Assembly: GCA_964057225.1 (NCBI GenBank)
Contig: OZ059895.1
Span: 5,270,001 to 5,334,000, forward strand
Length of the DNA stretch: 64,000 nucleotides
DNA from: Auanema rhodensis
Taxonomy: Eukaryota; Animalia; Nematoda
Direction: 5' to 3'
Below the pieces are notes generated by a model that saw nothing but the letters and a program-made list of their open reading frames with translations, was not told the origin of the DNA and did no database searches. This document shows positions 22,014 to 37,000 of the stretch, in pieces (position 1 is the first letter of the stretch; the number at the start of each line of letters is the position of its first letter). Made by a program: the position numbers and the translations under genes.

Positions 22014-25000
22014 CTGAATATTTTATTGAAATTTTGCCAGGATCTATCTGTTCTCCGGAAAAACGGTTTATATCGATTCCACCCTGAAGATTGTTCACAA
22101 AAAAGTTCAGGCTGTGAACAAGATGTGACTGCTGAATCCCCCTTTTTCTCCTCGATCATGAGTGATATCCAGGTGAATGTATACAGAACTTTTGTAATAA
22201 AATGTGTAGAATCTGAATATTTTATTGAAATTTTGCCAGGATCTATCTGTTTTCCGGAAAAACGGTTTATATCGAATCCACCCTGAAGATTGTTCACAAA
22301 AAAGTTCAGGCTGTGAACAAGATGTGACTGGTGAATCCCCCTTTTTCTGCTCGATCATGAGTGATATCCAGGTGAAAGTATACAGAACTAGGGTATTAAA
22401 ATGTGTAGAATCTGAATATTTTATTGAAATTTTGCCAGGATCTATCTGTTTTCCGGAAAAACGGTTTATATCGAATCCACCCTGAAGATTGTTCACAAAA
22501 AAGTTCAGGCTGTGAACAAGATGTGACTGCTGAATCCCCCTTTTTCTCCTCGATCATGAGTGATATCCAGGTGAAAGTATACAAAACTTGGGTATTAAGA
22601 TGTGTAGAATCTGAATATTTTATTGAAATTTTGCCAGGATCTATCTGTTCTCCGGAAAAACGGTTTATATCGATTCCACCCTGAAGATTGTTCACAAAAA
22701 AGTTCAGGCTGTGAACAAGATGTGACTGGTGAATCCCCCTTTTTCTCCTCGATCATGAGTGTTATCCTGGTGAAAGTATACAGAACTAGGGTATTAAAAT
22801 GTGTAGAATCTGAATATTTTATTGAAATTTTGCCAGGATCTATCTGTTTTCCGGAAAAACGGTTTATATCGATTCCACCCTGAAGATTGTTCACAAAAAA
22901 GTTCAGGCTGTGAACAAGATGTGACTGCTGAATCCCCCTTTTTCTCCTCGATCATGAGTGATATCCAGGTGAAAGTATACAAAACTTGGGTATTAAGATG
23001 TGTAGAATCTGAATATTTTATTGAAATTTTGCCAGGATCTATCTGTTTTCCGGAAAAACGGTTTATATCGATTCCACCCTGAAGATTGTTCACAAAAAAG
23101 TTCAGGCTGTGAACAAGATGTGACTGGTGAATCCCCCTTTTTCTGCTCGATCATGAGTGATATCCAGGTGAAAGTATACAGAACTAGGGTATTAAGATGT
23201 GTAGAATCTGAATATTTTATTGAAATTTTGCCAGGATCTATCTGTTTTCCGGAAAAACGGTTTATATCGAATCCACCCTGAAGATTGTTCACAAAAAAGT
23301 TCAGGCTGTGAACAAGATGTGACTGCTGAATCCCCCTTTTTCTCCTCGATCATGAGTGTTATCGAAGTGAATGTATACAGAACTTGGGTATTAAAATGTG
23401 TAGAATCTGAATATTTTATTGAAATTTTGCCAGGATCCATCTGTTTTCCGGAAAAACGGTTTATATCGATTCCACCCTGAAGATTGTTCACAAAAAAGTT
23501 CAGGCTGTGAACAAGATGTGACTGCTGAATCCCCCTTTTTCTGCTCGATCATGAGTGATATCCAGGTGAAAGTATACAGAACTTGGGTATTAAAATGTGT
23601 AGAATCTGAATATTTTATTGAAATTTTGACAGGATCTATCTGTTTTCCAGAAAAACGGTTTATATCGAATCCACCCTGAAGATTGTTCACAAAAAAGTTC
23701 AGGCTGTGAACAAGATGTGACTGCTGAATCCCCCTTTTTCTGCTCGATCATGAGTGATATCCAGGTGAAAAAATACAGAACTTGGGTATTAAAATGTGTA
23801 GAATCTGAATATTTTATTGAAATTTTGCCAGGATCCATCTGTTTTCCGGAAAAACGGTTTATATCGATTCCACCCTGAAGATTGTTCACAAAAAAGTTCA
23901 GGCTGTGAACAAGATGTGACTGCTGAATCCCCCTTTTTCTCCTCGATCATGAGTGATATCCAGGTGAAAGTATACAGAACTTGGGTATTAAAATGTGTAG
24001 AATCTGAATATTTTATTGAAATTTTGCCAGGATCCATCTGTTTTCCGGAAAAACGGTTTATATCGAATCCACCCTGAAGATTGTTCACAAAAAAGTTCAG
24101 GCTGTGAACAAGATGTGACTGCTGAATCCCCCTTTTTCTCCTCGATCATGAGTGATATCCAGGTGAAAGTATACAGAACTTGGGTATTAAAATGTGTAGA
24201 ATCTGAATATTTTATTGAAATTTTGACAGGATCTATCTGTTTTCCAGAAAAACGGTTTATATCGAATCCACCCTGAAGATTGTTCACAAAAAAGTTCAGG
24301 CTGTGAACAAGATGTGACTGGTGAATCCCCCTTTTTCTGCTCGATCATGAGTGATATCCAGGTGAAAAAATACAGAACTTGGGTATTAAGATGTGTAGAA
24401 TCTGAATATTTTATTGAAATTTTGCCAGGATCCATCTGTTTTCCGGAAAAACGGTTTATATCGATTCCACCCTGAAGATTGTTCACAAAAAAGTTCAGGC
24501 TGTGAACAAGATGTGACTGCTGAATCCCCCTTTTTCTGCTCGATCATGAATGATATCCAGGTGAAAGTATACAGAACTTGGGTATTAAGATGTGTAGAAT
24601 CTGAATATTTTATTGAAATTTTGCCAGGATCTATCTGTTTTCCGGAAAAACGGTTTATATCGAATCCACCCTGAAGATTGTTCACAAAAAAGTTCAGGCT
24701 GTGAACAAGATGTGACTGCTGAATCCCCCTTTTTCTGCTCGATCATGAGTGATATCCAGGTGAAAAAATACAGAACTTGGGTATTAAAATGTGTAGAATC
24801 TGAATATTTTATGGAAATTTTGCCAGGATCTATCTGTTTTCCGGAAAAACGGTTTATATCGATTCCACCCTGAAGATTGTTCACAAAAAAGTTCAGGCTG
24901 TGAACAAGATGTGACTGCTGAATCCCCCTTTTTCTGCTCGATCATGAATGATATCCAGGTGAAAGTATACAGAACTTGGGTATTAAGATGTGTAGAATCT

Positions 25001-28000
25001 GAATATTTTATTGAAATTTTGCCAGGATCTATCTGTTCTCCGGAAAAACGGTTTATATCGATTCCACCCTGAAGATTGTTCACAAAAAAGTTCAGGCTGT
25101 GAACAAGATGTGACTGCTGAATCCCCCTTTTTCTGCTCGATCATGAATGATATCCAGGTGAAAGTATACAGAACTTGGGTATTAAGATGTGTAGAATCTG
25201 AATATTTTATTGAAATTTTGCCAGGATCTATCTGTTCTCCGGAAAAACGGTTTATATCGATTCCACCCTGAAGATTGTTCACAAAAAAGTTCAGGCTGTG
25301 AACAAGATGTGACTGCTGAATCCCCCTTTTTCTGCTCGATCATGAATGATATCCAGGTGAAAGTATACAGAACTAGGGTATTAAGATGTGTAGAATCTGA
25401 ATATTTTATTGAAATTTTGCCAGGATCTATCTGTTTTCCGGAAAAACGGTTTATATCGATTCCACCCTGAAGATTGTTCACAAAAAAGTTCAGGCTGTGA
25501 ACAAGATGTGACTGCTGAATCCCCCTTTTTCTGCTCGATCATGAATGATATCCAAGTGAATGTATACAGAACTTTTGTATTAAAATGTGTAGAATCTGAA
25601 TATTTTATGGAAATTTTGCCAGGATCTATCTGTTCTCCGGAAAAACGGTTTATATCGATTCCACCCTGAAGATTGTTCACAAAAAAGTTCAGGCTGTGAA
25701 CAAGATGTGACTGCTGAATCCCCCTTTTTCTGCTCGATCATGAATGATATCCAGGTGAAAGTATACAGAACTAGGGTATTAAGATGTGTAGAATCTGAAT
25801 ATTTTATTGAAATTTTGCCAGGATCTATCTGTTTTCCGGAAAAACGGTTTATATCGATTCCACCCTGAAGATTGTTCACAAAAAAGTTCAGGCTGTGAAC
25901 AAGATGTGACTGCTGAATCCCCCTTTTTCTGCTCGATCATGAATGATATCCAGGTGAAAGTATACAGAACTTGGGTATTAAGATGTGTAGAATCTGAATA
26001 TTTTATTGAAATTTTGCCAGGATCTATCTGTTTTCCGGAAAAACGGTTTATATCGATTCCACCCTGAAGATTGTTCACAAAAAAGTTCAGGCTGTGAACA
26101 AGATGTGACTGGTGAATCCCCCTTTTTCTGCTCGATCATGAATGATATCCAGGTGAAAGTATACAGAACTTGGGTATTAAGATGTGTAGAATCTGAATAT
26201 TTTATTGAAATTTTGCCAGGATCTATCTGTTCTCCGGAAAAACGGTTTATATCGATTCCACCCTGAAGATTGTTCACAAAAAAGTTCAGGCTGTGAACAA
26301 GATGTGACTGCTGAATCCCCCTTTTTCTGCTCGATCATGAATGATATCCAGGTGAAAGTATACAGAACTTGGGTATTAAGATGTGTAGAATCTGAATATT
26401 TTATTGAAATTTTGCCAGGATCTATCTGTTTTCCGGAAAAACGGTTTATATCGATTCCACCCTGAAGATTGTTCACAAAAAAGTTCAGGCTGTGAACAAG
26501 ATGTGACTGCTGAATCCCCCTTTTTCTGCTCGATCATGAATGATATCCAGGTGAAAGTATACAGAACTTGGGTATTAAGATGTGTAGAATCTGAATATTT
26601 TATTGAAATTTTGCCAGGATCTATCTGTTTTCCGGAAAAACGGTTTATATCGATTCCACCCTGAAGATTGTTCACAAAAAAGTTCAGGCTGTGAACAAGA
26701 TGTGACTGCTGAATCCCCCTTTTTCTGCTCGATCATGAATGATATCCAGGTGAAAGTATACAGAACTTGGGTATTAAGATGTGTAGAATCTGAATATTTT
26801 ATTGAAATTTTGCCAGGATCTATCTGTTTTCCGGAAAAACGGTTTATATCGATTCCACCCTGAAGATTGTTCACAAAAAAGTTCAGGCTGTGAACAAGAT
26901 GTGACTGGTGAATCCCCCTTTTTCTGCTCGATCATGAGTGATATCCAGGTGAAAGTATACAGAACTAGGGTATTAAGATGTGTAGAATCTGAATATTTTA
27001 TTGAAATTTTGACAGGATCTATCTGTTTTCCGGAAAAACGGTTTATATCGAATCCACCCTGAAGATTGTTCACAAAAAAGTTCAGGCTGTGAACAAGATG
27101 TGACTGGTGAATCCCCCTTTTTCTGCTCGATCATGAGTGATATCCAGGTGAAAGTATACAGAACTAGGGTATTAAGATGTGTAGAATCTGAATATTTTAT
27201 TGAAATTTTGCCAGGATCTATCTGTTTTCCGGAAAAACGGTTTATATCGATTCCACCCTGAAGATTGTTCACAAAAAAGTTCAGGCTGTGAACAAGATGT
27301 GACTGGTGAATCCCCCTTTTTCTGCTCGATCATGAGTGATATCCAGGTGAAAGTATACAGAACTAGGGTATTAAGATGTGTAGAATCTGAATATTTTATT
27401 GAAATTTTGACAGGATCTATCTGTTTTCCGGAAAAACGGTTTATATCGATTCCACCCTGAAGATTGTTCACAAAAAAGTTCACGCTGTGAACAAGATGTG
27501 ACTGGTGAATCCCCCTTTTTCTCCTCGATCATGAGTGATATCCAAGTGAATGTATACAGAACTTTTGTATTAAAATGTGTAGAATCTGAATATTTTATTG
27601 AAATTTTGACAGGATCTATCTGTTTTCCGGAAAAACGGTTTATATCGAATCCACCCTGAAGATTGTTCACAAAAAAGTTCAGGCTGTGAACAAGATGTGA
27701 CTGGTGAATCCCCCTTTTTCTGCTCGATCATGAGTGATATCCAAGTGAAAGTATACAGAACTAGGGTATTAAGATGTGTAGAATCTGAATATTTTATTGA
27801 AATTTTGCCAGGATCTATCTGTTTTCCGGAAAAACGGTTTATATCGAATCCACCCTGAAGATTGTTCACAAAAAAGTTCAGGCTGTGAACAAGATGTGAC
27901 TGGTGAATCCCCCTTTTTCTGCTCGATCATGAATGATATCCGGGTGAAAGTATACAGAACTTGGGTATTAAGATGTGTAGAATCTGAATATTTTATTGAA

Positions 28001-31000
28001 ATTTTGCCAGGATCTATCTGTTTTCCGGAAAAACGGTTTATATCGATTCCACCCTGAAGATTGTTCACAAAAAAGTTCAGGCTGTGAACAAGATGTGACT
28101 GCTGAATCCCCCTTTTTCTCCTCGATCATGAGTGATATCCAGGGGAAAAAAACAGAACTTGGGTATTAAAATGTGTAGAAACTGAATATTTCATTAAAGT
28201 TTTGCTAGGATCTTTCTGTTTTCCGGAAAAACGGTTTATATCGAATCCACCCTGAAGATTGTTCACAAAAAAGTTCAGGCTGTGAACAAGATGTGACTGC
28301 TGAATCCCCCTTTTTCTGCTCGATCATGAGTGATATCCAGGTGAAAGTATACAGAACTTGGGTATTAAAATATGTAGAATCTGAATATTTTATTGAAATT
28401 TTGCCAGGATCTATCTGTTTTCCGGAAAAACGGTTTATATCGATTCCACCCTGAAGATTGTTCACAAAAAAGTTCAGGCTGTGAACAAGATGTGACTGCT
28501 GAATCCCCCTTTTTCTGCTCGATCATGAATGATATCCGGGTGAAAGTATACAGAACTTGGGTATTAAGATGTGTAGAATCTGAATATTTTATTGAAATTT
28601 TGCCAGGATCTATCTGTTTTCCGGAAAAACGGTTTATATCGATTCCACCCTGAAGATTGTTCACAAAAAAGTTCAGGCTGTGAACAAGATGTGACTGCTG
28701 AATCCCCCTTTTTCTCCTCGATCATGAGTGATATCCAGGGGAAAAAAACAGAACTTGGGTATTAAAATGTGTAGAAACTGAATATTTCATTAAAGTTTTG
28801 CTAGGATCTTTCTGTTTTCCGGAAAAACGGTTTATATCGAATCCACCCTGAAGATTGTTCACAAAAAAGTTCAGGCTGTGAACAAGATGTGACTGCTGAA
28901 TCCCCCTTTTTCTGCTCGATCATGAGTGATATCCAGGTGAAAGTATACAGAACTTGGGTATTAAAATATGTAGAATCTGAATATTTTATTGAAATTTTGC
29001 CAGGATCTATCTGTTTTCCGGAAAAACGGTTTATATCGATTCCACCCTGAAGATTGTTCACAAAAAAGTTCAGGCTGTGAACAAGATGTGACTGCTGAAT
29101 CCCCCTTTTTCTGCTCGAGCATGAGTGATATCCAGGTGAAAGTATACAGAACTTGGGTATTAAAATGTGTAGAATCTGAATATTTTATTGAAATTTTGCC
29201 AGGATCTATCTGTTTTCCGGAAAAACGGTTTATATCGATTCCACCCTGAAGATTGTTCACAAAAAAGTTCAGGCTGTGAACAAGATGTGACTGCTGAATC
29301 CCCCTTTTTCTGCTCGAGCATGAGTGATATCCAGGTGAAAGTATACAGAACTTGGGTATTAAAATGTGTAGAATCTGAATATTCTATTGAAATTTTGACA
29401 GGATCTATCTGTTTTCCGGAAAAACGGTTTATATCGATTCCACCCTGAAGATTGTTCACAAAAAAGTTCACGCTGTGAACAAGATGTGACTGCTGAATCC
29501 CCCTTTTTCTGCTCGAGCATGAGTGATATCCAGGTGAAAGTATACAGAACTTGGGTATTAAAATGTGTAGAATCTGAATATTTTATGGAAATTTTGCCAG
29601 GATCTATCTGTTTTCCGGAAAAACGGTTTATATCGATTCCACCCTGAAGATTGTTCACAAAAAAGTTCAGGCTGTGAACAAGATGTGACTGCTGAATCCC
29701 CCTTTTTCTGCTCGATCATGAGTGATATCCAGGTGAAAGTATACAGAACTTGGGTATTAAAATGTGTAGAATCTGAATATTTTATTGAAATTTTGCCAGG
29801 ATCCATCTGTTTTCCGGAAAAACGGTTTATATCGATTCCACCCTGAAGATTGTTCACAAAAAAGTTCAGGCTGTGAACAAGATGTGACTGCTGAATCCCC
29901 CTTTTTCTGCTCGAGCATGAGTGATATCCAGGTGAAAGTATACAGAACTTGGGTATTAAGATGTGTAGAATCTGAATATTTCATTGAAATTTTGACAGGA
30001 TCTATCTGTTTTCCGGAAAAACGGTTTATATCGAATCCACCCTGAAGATTGTTCACAAAAAAGTTCAGGCTGTGAACAAGATGTGACTGGTGAATCCCCC
30101 TTTTTCTGCTCGAGCATGAGTGATATCCAGGTGAAAGTATACAGAACTTGGGTATTAAAATGTGTAGAATCTGAATATTTTATTGAAATTTTGCCAGGAT
30201 CTATCTGTTTTCCGGAAAAACGGTTTATATCGAATCCACCCTGAAGATTGTTCACAAAAAAGTTCAGGCTGTGAACAAGATGTGACTGCTGAATCCCCCT
30301 TTTTCTGCTCGATCATGAGTGATATCCAGGTGAAAGTATACAGAACTTTTGTATTAAAATGTGTAGAATCTGAATATTTTATTGAAATTTTGCCAGGATC
30401 TATCTGTTTTCCGGAAAAACGGTTTATATCGAATCCACCCTGAAGATTGTTCACAAAAAAGTTCACGCTGTGAACAAGATGTGACTGCTGAATCCCCCTT
30501 TTTCTCCTCGATCATGAGTGATATCCAGGTGAAAGTATACAGAACTTTTGTATTAAAATGTGTAGAATCTGAATATTTTATTGAAATTTTGCCAGGATCT
30601 ATCTGTTTTCCGGAAAAACGGTTTATATCGAATCCACCCTGAAGATTGTTCACAAAAAAGTTCAGGCTGTGAACAAGATGTGACTGCTGAATCCCCCTTT
30701 TTCTGCTCGATCATGAGTGATATCCAGGTGAAAGTATACAGAACTTTTGTATTAAAATGTGTAGAATCTGAATATTTCATTGAAATTTTGACAGGATCTA
30801 TCTGTTTTCCGGAAAAACGGTTTATATCGAATCCACCCTGAAGATTGTTCACAAAAAAGTTCAGGCTGTGAACAAGATGTGACTGGTGAATCCCCCTTTT
30901 TCTGCTCGAGCATGAGTGATATCCAGGTGAAAGTATACAGAACTTGGGTATTAAGATGTGTAGAATCTGAATATTTTATTGAAATTTTGCCAGGATCTAT

Positions 31001-34000
31001 CTGTTTTCCGGAAAAACGGTTTATATCGAATCCACCCTGAAGATTGTTCACAAAAAAGTTCACGCTGTGAACAAGATGTGACTGCTGAATCCCCCTTTTT
31101 CTCCTCGATCATGAGTGATATCCAGGTGAAAGTATACAGAACTTTTGTATTAAAATGTGTAGAATCTGAATATTTTATTGAAATTTTGCCAGGATCTATC
31201 TGTTTTCCGGAAAAACGGTTTATATCGAATCCACCCTGAAGATTGTTCACAAAAAAGTTCAGGCTGTGAACAAGATGTGACTGCTGAATCCCCCTTTTTC
31301 TGCTCGATCATGAGTGATATCCAGGTGAAAGTATACAGAACTTTTGTATTAAAATGTGTAGAATCTGAATATTTCATTGAAATTTTGACAGGATCTATCT
31401 GTTTTCCGGAAAAACGGTTTATATCGAATCCACCCTGAAGATTGTTCACAAAAAAGTTCAGGCTGTGAACAAGATGTGACTGGTGAATCCCCCTTTTTCT
31501 GCTCGAGCATGAGTGATATCCAGGTGAAAGTATACAGAACTTGGGTATTAAGATGTGTAGAATCTGAATATTTTATTGAAATTTTGCCAGGATCTATCTG
31601 TTTTCCGGAAAAACGGTTTATATCGAATCCACCCTGAAGATTGTTCACAAAAAAGTTCAGGCTGTGAACAAGATGTGACTGCTGAATCCCCCTTTTTCTG
31701 CTCGATCATGAGTGATATCCAGGTGAAAGTATACAGAACTTTTGTATTAAAATGTGTAGAATCTGAATATTTTATTGAAATTTTGCCAGGATCTATCTGT
31801 TTTCCGGAAAAACGGTTTATATCGAATCCACCCTGAAGATTGTTCACAAAAAAGTTCACGCTGTGAACAAGATGTGACTGCTGAATCCCCCTTTTTCTCC
31901 TCGATCATGAGTGATATCCAGGTGAAAGTATACAGAACTTTTGTATTAAAATGTGTAGAATCTGAATATTTTATTGAAATTTTGCCAGGATCTATCTGTT
32001 TTCCGGAAAAACGGTTTATATCGATTCCACCCTGAAGATTGTTCACAAAAAAGTTCAGGCTGTGAACAAGATGTGACTGGTGAATCCCCCTTTTTCTGCT
32101 CGATCATGAATGATATCCAGGTGAAAGTATACAGAACTTGGGTATTGAGATGTGTAGAATCTGAATATTTTATTGAAATTTTGACAGGATCTATCTGTTT
32201 TCCGGAAAAACGGTTTATATCGATTCCACCCTGAAGATTGTTCACAAAAAAGTTCAGGCTGTGAACAAGATGTGACTGCTGAATCCCCCTTTTTCTGCTC
32301 GATCATGAGTGATATCCAGGTGAAAGTATACAGAACTTTTGTATTAAAATGTGTAGAATCTGAATATTTTATTGAAATTTTGCCAGGATCTATCTGTTTT
32401 CCGGAAAAACGGTTTATATCGATTCCACCCTGAAGATTGTTCACAAAAAAGTTCACGCTGTGAACAAGATGTGACTGCTGAATCCCCCTTTTTCTCCTCG
32501 ATCATGAGTGATATCCAGGTGAAAGTATACAGAACTTTTGTATTAAAATGTGTAGAATCTGAATATTTTATTGAAATTTTGCCAGGATCTATCTGTTTTC
32601 CGGAAAAACGGTTTATATCGATTCCACCCTGAAGATTGTTCACAAAAAAGTTCAGGCTGTGAACAAGATGTGACTGGTGAATCCCCCTTTTTCTGCTCGA
32701 TCATGAATGATATCCAGGTGAAAGTATACAGAACTTGGGTATTGAGATGTGTAGAATCTGAATATTTTATTGAAATTTTGACAGGATCTATCTGTTTTCC
32801 GGAAAAACGGTTTATATCGATTCCACCCTGAAGATTGTTCACAAAAAAGTTCAGGCTGTGAACAAGATGTGACTGCTGAATCCCCCTTTTTCTCATCGAT
32901 CATGAGTGATATCCAGGTGAAAGTATACAGAACTTGGGTATTAAGATGTGTAGAATCTGAATATTTTATTGAAATTTTGACAGGATCTATCTGTTTTCCG
33001 GAAAAACGGTTTATATCGATTCCACCCTGAAGATTGTTCACAAAAAAGTTCAGGCTGTGAACAAGATGTGACTGCTGAATCCCCCTTTTTCTCATCGATC
33101 ATGAGTGATATCCAGGTGAAAGTATACAGAACTTGGGTATTGAGATGTGTAGAATCTGAATATTTTATTGAAATTTTGACAGGATCTATCTGTTTTCCGG
33201 AAAAACGGTTTATATCGATTCCACCCTGAAGATTGTTCACAAAAAAGTTCAGGCTGTGAACAAGATGTGACTGCTGAATCCCCCTTTTTCTGCTCGATCA
33301 TGAATGATATCCAGGTGAAAGTATACAGAACTTGGGTATTAAGATGTGTAGAATCTGAATATTTTATTGAAATTTTGACAGGATCTATCTGTTTTCCGGA
33401 AAAACGGTTTATATCGATTCCACCCTGAAGATTGTTCACAAAAAAGTTCAGGCTGTGAACAAGATGTGACTGCTGAATCCCCCTTTTTCTCATCGATCAT
33501 GAGTGATATCCAGGTGAAAGTATACAGAACTTGGGTATTAAGATGTGTAGAATCTGAATATTTTATTGAAATTTTGCCAGGATCTATCTGTTTTCCGGAA
33601 AAACGGTTTATATCGATTCCACCCTGAAGATTGTTCACAAAAAAGTTCAGGCTGTGAACAAGATGTGACTGCTGAATCCCCCTTTTTCTGCTCGATCATG
33701 AATGATATCCAGGTGAAAGTATACAGAACTTGGGTATTGAGATGTGTAGAATCTGAATATTTTATTGAAATTTTGACAGGATCTATCTGTTTTCCGGAAA
33801 AACGGTTTATATCGATTCCACCCTGAAGATTGTTCACAAAAAAGTTCAGGCTGTGAACAAGATGTGACTGCTGAATCCCCCTTTTTCTCATCGATCATGA
33901 GTGATATCCAGGTGAAAGTATACAGAACTTGGGTATTAAGATGTGTAGAATCTGAATATTTTATTGAAATTTTGCCAGGATCTATCTGTTTTCCGGAAAA

Positions 34001-37000
34001 ACGGTTTATATCGAATCCACCCTGAAGATTGTTCACAAAAAAGTTCAGGCTGTGAACAAGATGTGACTGCTGAATCCCCCTTTTTCTCCTCGATCATGAG
34101 TGATATCCAGGTGAAAGTATACAGAACTTGGGTATTAAGATGTGTAGAATCTGAATATTTTATTGAAATTTTGACAGGATCTAGCTGTTTTCCGGAAAAA
34201 CGGTTTATATCGATTCCACCCTGAAGATTGTTCACAAAAAAGTTCACGCTGTGAACAAGATGTGACTGCTGAATCCCCCCTTTTTCTCATCGATCATGAG
34301 TGATATCCAGGTGAAAGTATACAGAACTTGGGTATTAAGATGTGTAGAATCTGAATATTTTATTGAAATTTTGCCAGGATCTATCTGTTTTCCGGAAAAA
34401 CGGTTTATATCGAATCCACCCTGAAGATTGTTCACAAAAAAGTTCACGCTGTGAACAAGATGTGACTGCTGAATCCCCCTTTTTCTCCTCGATCACGAGT
34501 GATATCCAGGTGAAAGTATACAGAACTTGGGTATTAAAATGTGTAGAATCTGAATATTTTATTGAAATTTTGCCAGGATCTATCTGTTTTCCGGAAAAAC
34601 GGTTTATATCGATTCCACCCTGAAGATTGTTCACAAAAAAGTTCACGCTGTGAACAAGATGTGACTGCTGAATCCCCCTTTTTCTCCTCGATCACGAGTG
34701 ATATCCAGGTGAAAGTATACAGAACTTGGGTATTAAAATGTGTAGAATCTGAATATTTTATTGAAATTTTGCCAGGATCTATCTGTTTTCCGGAAAAACG
34801 GTTTATATCGAATCCACCCTGAAGATTGTTCACAAAAAAGTTCACGCTGTGAACAAGATGTGACTGCTGAATCCCCCTTTTTCTCATCGATCATGAGTGA
34901 TATCCAGGTGAAAGTATACAGAACTTGGGTATTAAAATGTGTAGAATCTGAATATTTTATTGAAATTTTGCCAGGATCTATCTGTTTTCCGGAAAAACGG
35001 TTTATATCGAATCCACCCTGAAGATTGTTCACAAAAAAGTTCACGCTGTGAACAAGATGTGACTGCTGAATCCCCCTTTTTCTCCTCGATCACGAGTGAT
35101 ATCCAGGTGAAAGTATACAGAACTTGGGTATTAAAATGTGTAGAATCTGAATATTTTATTGAAATTTTGCCAGGATCTATCTGTTTTCCGGAAAAACGGT
35201 TTATATCGATTCCACCCTGAAGATTGTTCACAAAAAAGTTCAGGCTGTGAACAAGATGTGACTGCTGAATCCCCCTTTTTCTCCTCGATCACGAGTGATA
35301 TCCAGGTGAAAGTATACAGAACTTGGGTATTAAGATGTGTAGAATCTGAATATTTCATTGAAATTTTGCCAGGATCTATCTGTTTTACGGAAAAACGGTT
35401 TATATCGAATCCACCCTGAAGATTGTTCACAAAAAAGTTCACGCTGTGAACAAGATGTGACTGCTGAATCCCCCTTTTTCTCCTCGATCACGAGTGATAT
35501 CCAGGTGAAAGTATACAGAACTTGGGTATTAAAATGTGTAGAATCTGAATATTTTATTGAAATTTTGCCAGGATCTATCTGTTTTCCGGAAAAACGGTTT
35601 ATATCGATTCCACCCTGAAGATTGTTCACAAAAAAGTTCACGCTGTGAACAAGATGTGACTGCTGAATCCCCCTTTTTCTCCTCGATCACGAGTGATATC
35701 CAGGTGAAAGTATACAGAACTTGGGTATTAAAATGTGTAGAATCTGAATATTTTATTGAAATTTTGCCAGGATCTATCTGTTTTCCGGAAAAACGGTTTA
35801 TATCGAATCCACCCTGAAGATTGTTCACAAAAAAGTTCACGCTGTGAACAAGATGTGACTGCTGAATCCCCCTTTTTCTCATCGATCATGAGTGATATCC
35901 AGGTGAAAGTATACAGAACTTGGGTATTAAGATGTGTAGAATCTGAATATTTTATTGAAATTTTGCCAGGATCTATCTGTTTTCCGGAAAAACGGTTTAT
36001 ATCGATTCCACCCTGAAGATTGTTCACAAAAAAGTTCACGCTGTGAACAAGATGTGACTGCTGAATCCCCCTTTTTCTCCTCGATCACGAGTGATATCCA
36101 GGTGAAAGTATACAGAACTTGGGTATTAAAATGTGTAGAATCTGAATATTTTATGGAAATTTTGCCAGGATCTATCTGTTTTCCGGAAAAACGGTTTATA
36201 TCGAATCCACCCTGAAGATTGTTCACAAAAAAGTTCAGGCTGTGAACAAGATGTGACTGCTGAATCCCCCTTTTTCTCCTCGATCATGAGTGATATCCAG
36301 GTGAAAGTATACAGAACTTGGGTATTAAGATGTGTAGAATCTGAATATTTTATTGAAATTTTGCCAGGATCTATCTGTTTTCCGGAAAAACGGTTTATAT
36401 CGATTCCACCCTGAAGATTGTTCACAAAAAAGTTCACGCTGTGAACAAGATGTGACTGCTGAATCCCCCTTTTTCTCCTCGATCATGAGTGATATCCAGG
36501 TGAAAGTTTACAGAACTTGGGTATTAAGATGTGTAGAATCTGAATATTTTATTGAAATTTTGCCAGGATCTATCTGTTTTCCGGAAAAACGGTTTATATC
36601 GATTCCACCCTGAAGATTGTTCACAAAAAAGTTCAGGCTGTGAACAAGATGTGACTGCTGAATCCCCCTTTTTCTGCTCGATCATGAGTGATATCCAGGT
36701 GAAAGTATACAGAACTTCGGTATTAAAATGTGTAGAATCTGAATATTTTATTGAAATTTTGCCAGGATCTATCTGTTTTCCGGAAAAACGGTTTATATCG
36801 ATTCCACCCTGAAGATTGTTCACAAAAAAGTTCACGCTGTGAACAAGATGTGACTGCTGAATCCCCCTTTTTCTCATCGATCATGAGTGATATCCAGGTG
36901 AAAGTATACAGAACTTGGGTATTAAGATGTGTAGAATCTGAATATTTTATTGAAATTTTGCCAGGATCTATCTGTTTTCCGGAAAAACGGTTTATATCGA